Counted from the first letter of the stretch, positions 1-10,354 are shown. The stretch: 64,000 bases of DNA from an uncultured Chloroflexia bacterium (GCA_963789725.1 CAWBLU010000003.1:67170-131169); one strand, 5' to 3'. Program-made: numbers and translations. The notes: generated from the letters alone by a model not told the origin.

Positions 1-1
1 C

Positions 2-172
2 ATCACCGAGGGCAAGGAGGCAGGGCAGGGGGTCGGATACCTGGATGACGGCACGATGATCGTCGTGGAGGGTGGTGCCCGCCTGGTCGGCCACGAGCTG
101 GACGTCCTGGTGACCCGCGTCCTGCAGACCGTGATGGGCCGCATGGTGTTCGCTCAGGCCCAGGGCGAGTGA
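2..172 (+). CDS. 3' fragment of a PIN/TRAM-domain protein (YacL-like); the 5' end lies outside the window
   Basis: The frame-2 translation ends ...GVGYLDDGTMIVVEGGARLVGHELDVLVTRVLQTVMGRMVFAQAQGE*, which looks like a TRAM-type C-terminus. It sits directly upstream of ispD, as yacL does in Bacillus. Its TGA stop overlaps the GTG start of the next gene. Confidence 0.45.
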   Translation: MTEGKEAGQGVGYLDDGTMIVVEGGARLVGHELDVLVTRVLQTVMGRMVFAQAQGE

Positions 173-1554
173 GCGACGAACTCGGCGATCCGGTAGAGGC
201 CGTCGTTGTCGCCGCCGGCTCGAGCCGGCGGATGGGAGGCCGGGACAAGCTCACGGTCGAACTGGAGGGGCGGCCCGTCCTGCGGTGGTCGGTAGAAGCG
301 CTGGCGGCCGCGGGGATCGTGCGGATCGTCATCGCAGCCTCGCCGAACCGCGTTGCCGAGATCGCTGCCGAACGCTGGTTGCCCGAGTCGGTCGTGGCTG
401 TGGTCGCGGGCGGCGAGCGGCGCCAGGAGTCCGTGGCCGCCGGCGTCGCGGCGCTGGCGGCAGCCGACCCGGGTGAACCGCAGCCGGTGACGACTGCGAC
501 CTCAGCCGCGCCCGGCCCCGCTGCCCGAGCGCCGCGGATGCCTGCCCCTACCGGTAAGCACGACCCGGTCATTCTCGTCCACGATGCCGCGCGGCCGCTG
601 GCCAGCCCTGAGCTCATACGGGCGGTGGCCCGGGCGGCGGCGGCTCACGGAGCCGCAATCCCGGTCGTGCCGGTCACGGAGACGCTGAAGCGGCTCGACG
701 GCGACCTGATCGGCGTAACGGTGGACCGCACGGACGTGGTCGCCGCCCAGACGCCCCAGGGACTGCGCCGCAGCCTGCTCGAGGCAGCCTACGCCAGGTA
801 TTCTCCCGACGGCCCGGAAACCTGGACCGACGAAGCGTCGCTGCTCGAGGCTTGTAGAATCCCGGTCCATGCAATCAGCGGCGAAATGACCAACCTCAAA
901 GTGACGGTCCCTGCCGACCTCGAGCGCGCAAGCGCTCTCCTCGCGGGCGGGCTCGTGCCCGGTCGCCAGGCTTCATCGGAGGCCGTGTCTCGGTCTTCCC
1001 ATCTCGCGGCCGTGGGGCGAATCGGGCTCGGCACCGACAACCACCCGTTCGGGTCAGGAGAGCCGTTGGCGCTCGGCGGGATCCGGATCGAAGGAGCGCC
1101 GCGGCTGGCCGGCCATTCGGACGGTGACGTCGCACTCCACGCCGTGGCCGATGCCCTTCTGGGGGCGGCCGGCCTGGGTGACCTCGGCAGGCTCTTCCCC
1201 GCGGATCGCACCACGCCGCGGGGGGTCGACAGCCGCCTGCTGCTGGCAGGCGTCGCCGATAAGGTGCGCGCGGCCGGATGGGTCGCGTCCAACGTGGACG
1301 TCACCATCGTGGCCGCCCGACCGCAGCTGGCGGCGCTTCTGCCCGCGATGGAGGAGGCGATCGCCTCCGCCCTGGGTGTGCAGGCATCGGCCGTCAACGT
1401 CAAGGCTTCAACGGGCAACCTCGGGGGTTCGGAGGGGGCGGGCCGATCCATATCGGCGAGCGCGATTGCGTGGCTCGTGCCTGCGGCGGTGGCCGTCGCT
1501 GGGGACGCGACCCTGGACGCCGGCCCTGCGCCATCCGGGGAGGGGAGCATATGA
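169..1554 (+). CDS. ispDF: Bifunctional 2-C-methyl-D-erythritol 4-phosphate cytidylyltransferase / 2-C-methyl-D-erythritol 2,4-cyclodiphosphate synthase (IspD-IspF fusion)
   Basis: The N-terminal half carries the IspD motif VVAAGSSRRMGG..DKL. The C-terminal half carries the IspF motifs IGLGTDNHPF and HSDGDVALHA. It is one continuous ORF with high in-frame GC3. Confidence 0.9.
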   Translation: MSDELGDPVEAVVVAAGSSRRMGGRDKLTVELEGRPVLRWSVEALAAAGIVRIVIAASPNRVAEIAAERWLPESVVAVVAGGERRQESVAAGVAALAAADPGEPQPVTTATSAAPGPAARAPRMPAPTGKHDPVILVHDAARPLASPELIRAVARAAAAHGAAIPVVPVTETLKRLDGDLIGVTVDRTDVVAAQTPQGLRRSLLEAAYARYSPDGPETWTDEASLLEACRIPVHAISGEMTNLKVTVPADLERASALLAGGLVPGRQASSEAVSRSSHLAAVGRIGLGTDNHPFGSGEPLALGGIRIEGAPRLAGHSDGDVALHAVADALLGAAGLGDLGRLFPADRTTPRGVDSRLLLAGVADKVRAAGWVASNVDVTIVAARPQLAALLPAMEEAIASALGVQASAVNVKASTGNLGGSEGAGRSISASAIAWLVPAAVAVAGDATLDAGPAPSGEGSI

Positions 1555-2948
1555 CGCTGCGCCTGCATGACACCATGGCTGGGGCCGTTCGCGATTTCGT
1601 GCCCCTCGAGCCCGGCCACGTCCGCATATACAGCTGCGGTCCAACGGTGTACGGGCCCGCCCACGTCGGCAACTTCCGATCGTTCATCTTCGCCGACCTG
1701 CTCGTCCGCTATCTGCGCTACAAGGGCCTCCGAGTTACGTGGGTCATGAATGTGACCGACGTGGACGACAAGATCATCCGCGCCTCCAGGACCGAAAGCG
1801 TCTCGATCGGCGAGATCTCGGATCGCTACCTCGCGCTGTTCATGGCGGATATGGCGACTCTGTCGCTGACCGTTCCGGACGTGATGCCGCGCGCCACGGA
1901 CCACATCCCGCAGATGGTCGAGTTGATTCAGAAGCTGCTCGACGGTGGTCACGCCTATCGAACGGACGACGGGTCGATCTTCTTCCGGATTTCCTCCTGG
2001 CCCGACTACGGCCGGCTGGCCCGCATCGACCCTGAGGGGATGCGGGTCGGAGAGCGCGTCGAAGCGGACGAATATGCCAAGGATGACGTCCGCGATTTCG
2101 CCCTGTGGAAAGGCCCCAAGCCGGACGAGCCGAGCTGGGATACCAGCATCGGCCCGGGTCGCCCAGGCTGGCACATCGAATGCTCGGCCATGAGCATGGC
2201 CTACCTAGGGTCCTCCTTCGACATCCACACCGGCGGCGTGGACCTCATCTTCCCGCACCATCAGGACGAGATCGCCCAGAGTGAGGCCGCCACGGGACAG
2301 CCGTTCGTCCACGACTGGATGCATTGCGCCCATCTGCAAATGGGCGGCCAGAAGATGGCCAAATCAACCGGAAATATCGCCCGTGTCGCGGAGACGCTCG
2401 AGGGCGGCGTCTCGGCCCGAGCGCTGCGGCTGGCCCTGATGTCTGCCCACTACCGCACCGCCCTTTCCTTCGGTGACGATTCCCTCCAGGCGGCCGGTTC
2501 GGCGGTCGATCGCCTGGAGGCGCTGATGGCTGCGCTGGCGGTGTACCGCTCGGATGGCCCGGACGACGTATCCTTGCCGTCCGCATTGGTTGGCGCCCGG
2601 ACGGCCTTCGAGGCCGCCCTCGACGACGACCTCAACATCTCTCCCGCACTGGCCGCGGTCTTCGATCTGATCCGCGATCTCAACCGCCGCATCGACGGCC
2701 GAACGCTGTCGACGGCCGACGCAGGCCGGGCAATCGCCTTCATCCGAGATCTCGACCGGGTCCTGGGTATCGCTCCGGCAGCCGATGAAGCCCTCGAACC
2801 GGATCTCCAGAAACTACTGGACGAGCGCGCCGCCGCCCGCGCCAATAAGGAATGGGCGGCATCGGACCGCCTCCGGATCGCCCTTGCCGACCGCGGCGTC
2901 CTGGTAGAAGACACGCGCGACGGCCAACGCTGGCGCCGCGCCGAGTAA
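1551..2948 (+). CDS. cysS: Cysteine--tRNA ligase
   Basis: The class I HIGH region appears as CGPTVYGPAHVGNFRSF, and a KMSKS-like KMAKS motif is present. The ATG at 1551 overlaps the ispDF stop (ATGA). The ORF-track start at 1278 is an upstream in-frame artefact. Confidence 0.9.
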   Translation: MTLRLHDTMAGAVRDFVPLEPGHVRIYSCGPTVYGPAHVGNFRSFIFADLLVRYLRYKGLRVTWVMNVTDVDDKIIRASRTESVSIGEISDRYLALFMADMATLSLTVPDVMPRATDHIPQMVELIQKLLDGGHAYRTDDGSIFFRISSWPDYGRLARIDPEGMRVGERVEADEYAKDDVRDFALWKGPKPDEPSWDTSIGPGRPGWHIECSAMSMAYLGSSFDIHTGGVDLIFPHHQDEIAQSEAATGQPFVHDWMHCAHLQMGGQKMAKSTGNIARVAETLEGGVSARALRLALMSAHYRTALSFGDDSLQAAGSAVDRLEALMAALAVYRSDGPDDVSLPSALVGARTAFEAALDDDLNISPALAAVFDLIRDLNRRIDGRTLSTADAGRAIAFIRDLDRVLGIAPAADEALEPDLQKLLDERAAARANKEWAASDRLRIALADRGVLVEDTRDGQRWRRAE

Positions 2949-2997
2949 GCCCCGGGCCGCGACCTCGCGCGGCCGAAACACACGAACGGACCGCACC

Positions 2998-5490
2998 TTG
3001 CCTGACCATCGACACAAGCCACGGGACGACAACTTCGGCGGGCGCAAGCCCGGCGGCAAGAAGCCCCGTCCCGACGGCCATCGACCTCAGGGCCCCCGAT
3101 CGGACGGGCCGGGCTTCGAGGGCCCTCGGCGGACCGGCGGACCGGCTAGGTTCGAGGGCCGCGGCGGCCCGCCGCGCGAAGGCCCGGGGCCCGGCGGCTT
3201 TCGCCCGGACGGTGGCCGGTTCGAAGCGCCCAGATCGTTCGGGCGGCCGGGTGGATTCCAGGGCGGCGGGGGCCCATCTCGTGAGGGTCAGCGGCCGGGC
3301 GGGCCACCGCCCGAAGGCGGATTCGAGGGGCCCAGGCCGTTCGGCCGGCCGGGCGGCGGCAGGTCGTTCGGACCTCGACCGGCCGGCCCGGGCCCAAGAG
3401 GATCACGCTCCGAGGGTCGGCCCAGTGATTTCGGTTCCGGCGGGCGGTCGGGCGGCTTCACCGGACCCCGCCCGGGCGGCTTCCGGCCGGAAGGCTCTCG
3501 CCCAGACTTCGGACGAGGAGCGCCCGATCGCGAAGGCGGCGCGCCCCATGCCCCGCGCCGCGAGTGGCAGCCCCGCGATGCCTGGACGCCCAGGCCGCCA
3601 CGACCCTACGGCTCCTCGGGCGGTGGTCAGCGCGATCGCTTCGGCGACGAGCCCCGCGATGGCACCGACACCTTCGGCCCGGGCCGCCCGCCCGGCCGCC
3701 CCGCCTCGCGTCCCGGCTTTGGGCCGCGTCATCAGGGCTTGCGGCCTCACGACGAGTCATTCCGCCCGCGCACCGAGGACGGACCCGCCAGCGAGTCTCC
3801 GGACGAGTCTCGACAGCAGCACGGCCCGGAGCGTCGCCCGGGTAGCTTCTCGGGCCAGAGGCGGGGCAGTTTCGGAGGATCGAGGCCCGGTGGATTCTCA
3901 GGACCGCCCCGGAACGGCTTCAGGGGCGGCCGGCCCGGCTTTAGCGAGCGCCCGGGACTCGGGCCCAGGCCCGACTTCCAACCGGGAGCCGGCCCGGAGC
4001 GAGAAGAGCAAGAACGGTTCGGTGGCGCCGAACCAGACGAACAGGTCCTGAGGCCGGACACGGAACAGATCGGACACGCCGGCCAGGATGAATTCGACGC
4101 CGCGCCGGCCGACGAGGGTGGAGCCGAGTCGAGTGCCGCCGGCTCCTCGGCCGCGCCCGAGCTCCGGCCCGCGCCGAGCGGACGACCTACCGGCCCCAGG
4201 CCGCCGAGGCCGTCGCCACGCCCTGATTACCGCGCCCGTTCCGGCGGGTTCGGCGATCGCCGCGGTATCGGGCCGGGCGGTTCCGCCGGGGCGCCCTGGT
4301 CACGACCCTTCGCGGGGCCGCCGCCGGCGGATCTGCTGGGCGAGGACCAGGAACTGGTCGCCGGCCGCCATCCGGTCGAGGAAGCGTTCATCGCCCACCG
4401 CAAGGCCGTTCGATTGCTCGTCGTTCCGCAACGCCGCCTCGCCCTCGAGAAACTGGTTCTCCACGCCACGAACCTGCGCATCCCCATCGTCGAGGTTGAA
4501 GGCGGGACGCTGACGTCGCTGGCCGGGTTCGACGGTCACCAGGGGATCGCCCTGGTCACCGATCGCCGCCAGTTCGCCGGCCTGGACGACATCCTCGCGC
4601 GGGCCATCGAACGCAAGGAGCCGCCGTTCGTCCTCGTCCTTGACTCGCTCGAGGATCCACAGAACTTCGGCTCGCTGCTGCGGACCGCCGAGGCGTCGGG
4701 AGTCCACGGCGTCATCTATCCGGTCCGGCGCCAGGCGCCTCTGTCGGCGGTCGCCGTCAAGGCATCGGCCGGAGCCGTGGAGCATCTCTTGCTGGTGCCG
4801 GTCGAAGACCTGGCCGAAGCGCTTACGGACCTCCATGTGCGGGGCTTGCGAGTGATCGGCTCGGACGCCGACGCCGCGCTGACCGCCAGGCAGGCCGACC
4901 TTCGGGGGCCCGTCGTGGTCGTCGTCGGTAGCGAAGGGCAGGGTCTCGGGCCGGCGGTCAGGCGCCGCTGCGACGCGGTGGTCCGCATTCCGATGCGGGG
5001 CCGCATCACCTCACTCAACGCCGCCGTCGCCGGCTCGATCCTTCTATATGAGGCCTCCAGCCAGCGCGGGGGAGACCGCCCAGTCGTCGGTCCCACGCCC
5101 GGAATGGGCGAAGATGCGGCCCGAATCCGCGGGCTCGCCGGCGACGACGCATCGGAGGCCGCACCCGAGCCCCCCCAGCCCGCTTCGGCCGATGGGGCGC
5201 CCGTCGACACGGAGCCGCCTGTCGAGGTCGCGGGGCCGTCGGATGCGGCCCAGACCATCGTGGCCGGTCTCGCCGTCGTTGCCGACGACCTCGCCAAAGC
5301 CCAGGACCGGATCGCCGCCGAAGCGGCGTTCGCTCCCGCTCCGAGTCGGAAGGCTACGCGCCGCAAGGTCGTTCGAACCGACCCCGTCGACCTCGCGCGT
5401 GGCGAGTCCGACTCGGACGCATCGGCGGCGGACGCTCTTCTGCCCGGTACTCAGGCCGTGGACTCAGACGATACCTCGACGGCCGAATGA
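2998..5490 (+). CDS. rlmB: SpoU/TrmH-family 23S rRNA 2'-O-methyltransferase (RlmB-like) with a ~430 aa RGG/FG-rich low-complexity N-terminal extension and a ~130 aa acidic/Ala-rich C-terminal tail
   Basis: The C-terminal domain (about 4330-5040) has TrmH motifs: LVLDSLEDPQNFGSLLRTAEASGVHGV, VVVGSEGQGL and IPMRGRITSLNAAVAGSIL. The same frame is open back to 2998, with high GC3 throughout the Gly/Arg/Pro-rich repeats. Its position after cysS matches yacO (rlmB) in Bacillus. Confidence 0.75.
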   Translation: MPDHRHKPRDDNFGGRKPGGKKPRPDGHRPQGPRSDGPGFEGPRRTGGPARFEGRGGPPREGPGPGGFRPDGGRFEAPRSFGRPGGFQGGGGPSREGQRPGGPPPEGGFEGPRPFGRPGGGRSFGPRPAGPGPRGSRSEGRPSDFGSGGRSGGFTGPRPGGFRPEGSRPDFGRGAPDREGGAPHAPRREWQPRDAWTPRPPRPYGSSGGGQRDRFGDEPRDGTDTFGPGRPPGRPASRPGFGPRHQGLRPHDESFRPRTEDGPASESPDESRQQHGPERRPGSFSGQRRGSFGGSRPGGFSGPPRNGFRGGRPGFSERPGLGPRPDFQPGAGPEREEQERFGGAEPDEQVLRPDTEQIGHAGQDEFDAAPADEGGAESSAAGSSAAPELRPAPSGRPTGPRPPRPSPRPDYRARSGGFGDRRGIGPGGSAGAPWSRPFAGPPPADLLGEDQELVAGRHPVEEAFIAHRKAVRLLVVPQRRLALEKLVLHATNLRIPIVEVEGGTLTSLAGFDGHQGIALVTDRRQFAGLDDILARAIERKEPPFVLVLDSLEDPQNFGSLLRTAEASGVHGVIYPVRRQAPLSAVAVKASAGAVEHLLLVPVEDLAEALTDLHVRGLRVIGSDADAALTARQADLRGPVVVVVGSEGQGLGPAVRRRCDAVVRIPMRGRITSLNAAVAGSILLYEASSQRGGDRPVVGPTPGMGEDAARIRGLAGDDASEAAPEPPQPASADGAPVDTEPPVEVAGPSDAAQTIVAGLAVVADDLAKAQDRIAAEAAFAPAPSRKATRRKVVRTDPVDLARGESDSDASAADALLPGTQAVDSDDTSTAE
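3100..4320 (+). repeat. Low-complexity coding repeat region (degenerate FGRPGG / RGG / GGFRP units) inside the rlmB ORF
   Basis: The translated sequence shows iterated motifs: GGFRPDGGRFEAPRSFGRPGGFQGGGGP, FEGPRPFGRPGGGRSFGPRP, GGRSGGFTGPRPGGFRPEGSRPDFGRG and SFGGSRPGGFSGPPRNGFRGGRPGF. Confidence 0.6.
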
Positions 5491-5578
5491 CGAAGGGGTT
5501 TCGACCTAGGACTTCGAGCCCTGTCCGATGCGCTCTTTGGCCGTGCGAACTGGCCCGCAAGGGCCCCCGGGGTCTCGC

Positions 5579-5608
5579 TTGACCGGCGAGGGGCCCAGCC
5601 AATATCAT
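5579..5608 (+). promoter_or_regulatory. Candidate sigma-70-type promoter for the tRNA-Thr/Tyr/Thr-tuf transcript
   Basis: A TTGACC -35 element is followed by an 18-nt spacer and a TATCAT -10 element (5603-5608), about 45 nt upstream of the first tRNA. This is pattern-based only. Confidence 0.3.
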
Positions 5609-5652
5609 TCGCGGGCGCCCAAGGGTCTTAGCGTTAGCATGCCTTTGCGCCC

Positions 5653-5728
5653 GCCGACGTAGCTCAATTGGTAGAGCAGCGGTTTTGTAAACCGCCGGTT
5701 CCGGGTTCGAGTCCCGTCGTCGGCTCCA
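5653..5728 (+). tRNA. tRNA-Thr (anticodon UGU)
   Basis: Cloverleaf: acceptor GCCGACG/CGTCGGC, D-arm GCTCAATTGGTAGAGC, anticodon stem GCGGT/ACCGC with loop TTTGTAA, T-loop TTCGAGT. One C-T mismatch in the T-stem. CCA is encoded. Confidence 0.8.
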
Positions 5729-5782
5729 ACTGAAGAAGTCAGCCGTTGTAGGGGAACCCACCGCAGCGGCTGGCAGTCTCGT

Positions 5783-5867
5783 GGGTAGGTTGAGCAGGTG
5801 GTGAGCTCAGCTGACTGTAAATCAGCCGCCTTCGGCTGTAGAGGTTCGATTCCTCTCCTGCCCACCA
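5783..5867 (+). tRNA. tRNA-Tyr (anticodon GUA), class II with a long variable arm
   Basis: Acceptor GGGTAGG/CCTGCCC, anticodon loop CTGTAAA, long variable arm, T-arm AGAGG-TTCGATT-CCTCT. CCA is encoded. Confidence 0.8.
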
Positions 5868-5891
5868 CCTTGGTATCCGACCCGGTCTCGG

Positions 5892-5967
5892 GCCCTCATA
5901 GCTCAGCTGGCAGAGCGCGTCCTTGGTAAGGACGAGGTCATCGGTTCAAGTCCGATTGAGGGCTCCA
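5892..5967 (+). tRNA. tRNA-Thr (anticodon GGU)
   Basis: Acceptor GCCCTCA/TGAGGGC, D-arm GCTCAGCTGGCAGAGC, anticodon stem CGTCC/GGACG with loop TTGGTAA, T-arm ATCGG-TTCAAGT-CCGAT. CCA is encoded. Confidence 0.85.
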
Positions 5968-6006
5968 CACCAGTAGCGGCGTCGGCCGCGCCAGATGGAG
6001 TAGAAC

Positions 6007-7212
<1,206 letters not shown>

Positions 7213-7377
7213 ATGGCCAAAGTCGACGCACGCCCGATCATTCAGCTCGCTTGCACTGAATGCAAGATGCGGACGTACACCACGCGCAAGAACAAGAAGA
7301 ACGATCCCGGCCGACTCGAGCTCCGCAAATACTGCCCTCGTGAACGCCGGCACACTCTGCACCGAGAGGCCAAATAG
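7213..7377 (+). CDS. rpmG: 50S ribosomal protein L33
   Basis: The 54-aa ORF (below the ORF-track size cut-off) reads [54 protein letters not shown], which carries the YTT.KN..LE.KKYC signature of L33. It starts 3 nt after tuf, matching the Thermus tufB-rpmG-secE-nusG arrangement. Confidence 0.8.
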   Translation: MAKVDARPIIQLACTECKMRTYTTRKNKKNDPGRLELRKYCPRERRHTLHREAK

Positions 7378-7512
7378 AAGAACCACGCCCAGCCTCCGCG
7401 GAGTCCAGACCGAGGCGCCGACGAGCACCGCAGCGAGCGTACTTGAGTACGTGAGCGAGGACCGCAGCCGGCCACGACGGAATGGACCGGCCGAGGCGAA
7501 GGCAACATACGC

Positions 7513-7588
7513 AGGCGCCTAGCTCAATTGGTAGAGCACTGGTCTCCAAAACCAGCGGTTGTGGGTTCGAGTCCCGCGGCGCCTGCCA
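7513..7588 (+). tRNA. tRNA-Trp (anticodon CCA)
   Basis: Acceptor AGGCGCC/GGCGCCT, anticodon stem CTGGT/ACCAG with loop CTCCAAA, T-arm GTGGG-TTCGAGT-CCCGC. CCA is encoded. It lies between rpmG and secE, as in many Gram-positive bacteria. Confidence 0.85.
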
Positions 7589-7622
7589 GATAAATCCAGG
7601 TTCAGATAGCTAGAGAGCAGCC

Positions 7623-7808
7623 GTGTCGCGCATCCAGCGCTTCGTTCAAGACTCATGGCAGGAATTGAAGAAGGTCAACTGGCCCACCCCGCAGCAGGCC
7701 CGTAACCTCACGGTTCTGGTGCTGGTGGTCAGTACCGCCGTTGCCCTCTACATATCCGCCTTCGACTACGTCTTTGGCCTGATGGCCAAAGCCATCAACG
7801 CCGGGTGA
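7623..7808 (+). CDS. secE: Preprotein translocase subunit SecE
   Basis: A 61-aa protein with a single TM helix ([24 protein letters not shown]) and a conserved N-terminus. It sits immediately upstream of nusG. Confidence 0.8.
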   Translation: MSRIQRFVQDSWQELKKVNWPTPQQARNLTVLVLVVSTAVALYISAFDYVFGLMAKAINAG

Positions 7809-8395
7809 CTTCAAATATGAAGACGGAGCAGGCTGGCGAGGTCGTTCGGCCGCCCGAGAAGCGCTGGTACGTCATCCATACGTACTCGGGTTACGAGAAC
7901 AAGGTCAAGGCGAACCTCGAGCATCGCATCGAGTCGATGGGCATGGACGACAAGATCTTCCAGGTTCTCGTGCCGATGGAAGACGAGATCGAGATCCGCC
8001 AGGGCCAGCGCCACACGGTGCAGAAGAAGGTCTACCCCGGGTACGTCCTCGTCGAGATGATCCTCGACCCGGACTCGTGGTACGTCGTCCGGAACACCCC
8101 GGGCGTCACGAGCTTCGTCGGTGGCGGGAACATTCCGGGCGTCCGGAGTGAGCCGATCCCGCTGGACGAGGCCGAGGTCAAGCAGATCCTCCGGCAGATG
8201 GGCGTCGAAACCCCCCGCTACCGGGTCGCCTTCACCAAGGGTCAGAACGTTCGGGTCACGGACGGTCCATTTGCCGAGTTCATCGGCACGGTGGACGAAG
8301 TCAACCCGGAGCGCAACAAAGTCAAGGTGCTGGTCAGCATCTTCGGCCGCGAAACCCCGGTCGAGCTGGACTTCCTCCAGGTCGAGAAGCTGTGA
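7805..8395 (+). CDS. nusG: Transcription termination/antitermination factor NusG
   Basis: NGN domain ([14 protein letters not shown]) and KOW domain ([12 protein letters not shown]). The start is either the GTG at 7805 overlapping the secE stop, or the ATG at 7817. Confidence 0.9.
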   Translation: MTSNMKTEQAGEVVRPPEKRWYVIHTYSGYENKVKANLEHRIESMGMDDKIFQVLVPMEDEIEIRQGQRHTVQKKVYPGYVLVEMILDPDSWYVVRNTPGVTSFVGGGNIPGVRSEPIPLDEAEVKQILRQMGVETPRYRVAFTKGQNVRVTDGPFAEFIGTVDEVNPERNKVKVLVSIFGRETPVELDFLQVEKL

Positions 8396-8565
8396 GCCCC
8401 GACCGGCCGGCCCATGCCAGGGCCAGCGACAGCTGGTACGTTGTCGCCGCCGCGCATTCGCTCACGCACGGTAGTGCGCTCGCTCATGTGCTCGGCTCTG
8501 CCTTGGCCTGGACACGTCCGGACCGGCGCTCACCAAATCTGATCTAGAAAGGAACCTCGAGCCCC

Positions 8566-8991
8566 GTGGCCAAGAAGATCCGCATCGTCCTCACCCTCCA
8601 GCTCAACGCTGGCAAGGCCACGCCCGCGCCGCCCGTCGGCACGGCCCTCGGCCCCCATGGAATCAACATCGTCGAGTTCACCAAGTCTTACAACGAGAAG
8701 ACCGCGGACAAGGCCGGCCAGGTGATCCCGGCCCAGATCACGATCTTCGAGGATCGATCGTTCACGTTCATCCTCAAGACCCCGCCGGCTCCGGATCTTC
8801 TTCGGAAGGCGGCCGGGATCACGAAGGGCGCCTCGACCTCCGGTCGCGAGAGCGTCGGCAAGGTGACCCGCGATCAGATCCGCGAGATCGCGACCATCAA
8901 GATGCCGGACCTGAACGCCACTTCGATGGAGGGCGCGATCGCCCAGATCGAAGGCACCGCTCGCAGTATGGGCATCGAGGTCGTGGGCTAA
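8566..8991 (+). CDS. rplK: 50S ribosomal protein L11
   Basis: Carries the L11 signature: ...[17 protein letters not shown]..., plus MPDLNA. Confidence 0.95.
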   Translation: MAKKIRIVLTLQLNAGKATPAPPVGTALGPHGINIVEFTKSYNEKTADKAGQVIPAQITIFEDRSFTFILKTPPAPDLLRKAAGITKGASTSGRESVGKVTRDQIREIATIKMPDLNATSMEGAIAQIEGTARSMGIEVVG

Positions 8992-9131
8992 TCGGGCGGG
9001 AGCGCGACTAGCTCGGGAGAAACTGCTCCGGGTCGGAGCGGAACCAATCCTCGCCACGGAGCGAGGCGATAGACCCCGCGAGAAGGGGGAGGCAGAACCG
9101 GGTGACCGGAGGCTGCCGGAAGGAGATCGAG

Positions 9132-9842
9132 ATGCCGGATCACGGCAAGAAGTATCAGGAAGCCGCCAAGCTTGTCGACCACACCAAGCTCTATTCGCCC
9201 GCTGAGGGCGCCGAGCTGGCCAGGAAGACCAGTTACGTCGGCTTCGACGCCAGCGTCGAGGCTCACCTGCGGCTCGGCGTGGATCCTCGCCATGCCGACC
9301 AGATGGTCCGCGGCACGGTTGTCCTTCCTCACGGCACCGGCAAGGTAGTGCGCGTCGTCGTCTTCGCGCAGGGCGAGAAGGCTCTCGAGGCGCTCCGCGC
9401 CGGCGCGGACGAAGTCGGTGCAGACGATCTCGTCAAGAAGATCGAATCCGGCTGGACCGAGTTCGACGTGGCCCTGGCCGCCCCGGACGTCATGGGCATG
9501 GTGGGCAAGCTGGGCCGCATCCTCGGCCGCAAGGGCCTCATGCCGAACCCGAAGTCGGGCACGATCACCTTCGACCTGGAGCGGGCCATCAAGGAAGTCA
9601 AGGCCGGCCGGGTCGAGTTCAAGGTGGACAAGGGCGGCATCATCCACGTTCCGTTCGGCAAGGCCAGCTTCGAGTCGCAGCAGCTCGTCGACAACCTTGC
9701 GACCTTGCTGGACGCGATCAACCGGGCTCGCCCGGCCGGCGCCAAGGGCCAGTACCTGCGGACACTGACCATCACCCCGACCATGGGCCCCGGCATCCGG
9801 ATGGACATCCCGGCCGTGCTGGCCGTCGCCGCCGCCTCTTAG
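9132..9842 (+). CDS. rplA: 50S ribosomal protein L1
   Basis: L1 family. The ATG at 9132 follows a GGAG Shine-Dalgarno sequence. The ORF-track start at 9102 is an upstream artefact. Confidence 0.9.
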   Translation: MPDHGKKYQEAAKLVDHTKLYSPAEGAELARKTSYVGFDASVEAHLRLGVDPRHADQMVRGTVVLPHGTGKVVRVVVFAQGEKALEALRAGADEVGADDLVKKIESGWTEFDVALAAPDVMGMVGKLGRILGRKGLMPNPKSGTITFDLERAIKEVKAGRVEFKVDKGGIIHVPFGKASFESQQLVDNLATLLDAINRARPAGAKGQYLRTLTITPTMGPGIRMDIPAVLAVAAAS

Positions 9843-10354
9843 GACGGCCCACTATATGAGGCTGGAGCGCCGACATGGCGAGCCGGCCGGCGAGGACCGT
9901 CGCGAGGCGTCCGCGCCACGCAATTGAATAAGACGGACCGCCAGAGACAGCATCGGCCCCTCGGGGCTTAATCGTCGGGCGGGAGCGATGACCGGAGTGG
10001 CTCCGCCTCTTCACTCGTCACCGCCTCCCGAAAGCCGGACACGATGCCGAGGCAGGGACCAAGCCTCCATCCGCGTGGGTGGGTGCGCCCCTGTTGGCGA
10101 CGAGCCGTCAGGGGCGTTGTGCTGAGTCGGCTTCGCCGCCTCGGCCCGCGAGAAACCGGCTGGTTTCTCGGGTGGCGGTATCCGCCACCACGTTCCACCC
10201 GCCGCGCGCCGGCTGCGTGCACAACCTAATCAGGAGCTTAGAAGACCGCCGCTCCCCCGAGCTCAAGAGCAGGGCGCCGCCGCCAGCGCAGCTGGCATGA
10301 GGCGTAGCTGCCGTGAGCCGGCCGGGCGTCGGCCATCGACTCCGGGAGGTACCA
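9843..10354 (+). promoter_or_regulatory. Long untranslated leader upstream of rplJ (candidate L10(L12)4 autoregulatory leader)
   Basis: A 510-nt non-coding spacer containing AT-richer islands. It has two adjacent perfect hairpins: cgagaaacc-ggct-ggtttctcg (about 10151-10172) and ggtggcgg-tat-ccgccacc. A third hairpin is cccctg...cagggg. An L10 leader is expected upstream of rplJ from E. coli and Firmicutes. Confidence 0.35.

Noticed and set aside
1278-1550. Upstream in-frame extensions of cysS, rpoB (11509), rpoC (15078), rplA (9102), rplJ (10313), rplE (30126), rplF (31287), rpsE (32279), infA (36587), truA (39769), nnrD (49528) and tsaB (56714) in the ORF track
   Set aside because: Each would overlap the preceding gene extensively. 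Downstream in-frame starts with Shine-Dalgarno sequences reproduce canonical N-termini (for example [11 protein letters not shown] for IF-1).
789-2174. 461-aa minus-strand ORF
   Set aside because: It lies antisense to ispDF and cysS. There is no recognisable domain and the composition is Arg/Ala/Pro-rich, as expected for a GC-rich reverse frame.
2852-4051. Alternative-frame + ORFs inside real genes (for example 2852-4051, 13263-14060, 14387-15109, 21322-22056, 27705-28256, 58295-58984, 60186-61034, 54966-56366)
   Set aside because: They are out of frame with recognised conserved proteins and look like GC-rich frame artefacts (Arg/Pro/Gly-rich).
5653-5728. Whether the first tRNA-Thr is a pseudogene, given one C-T mismatch in the T-stem
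   Set aside because: The rest of the cloverleaf is canonical, the anticodon loop is intact and CCA is present. A single non-Watson-Crick pair is tolerated.
8992-9131. L1-binding autoregulatory leader upstream of rplA
   Set aside because: I could not identify the characteristic L1-binding helix or internal loop mimic by eye. It needs a covariance-model search.
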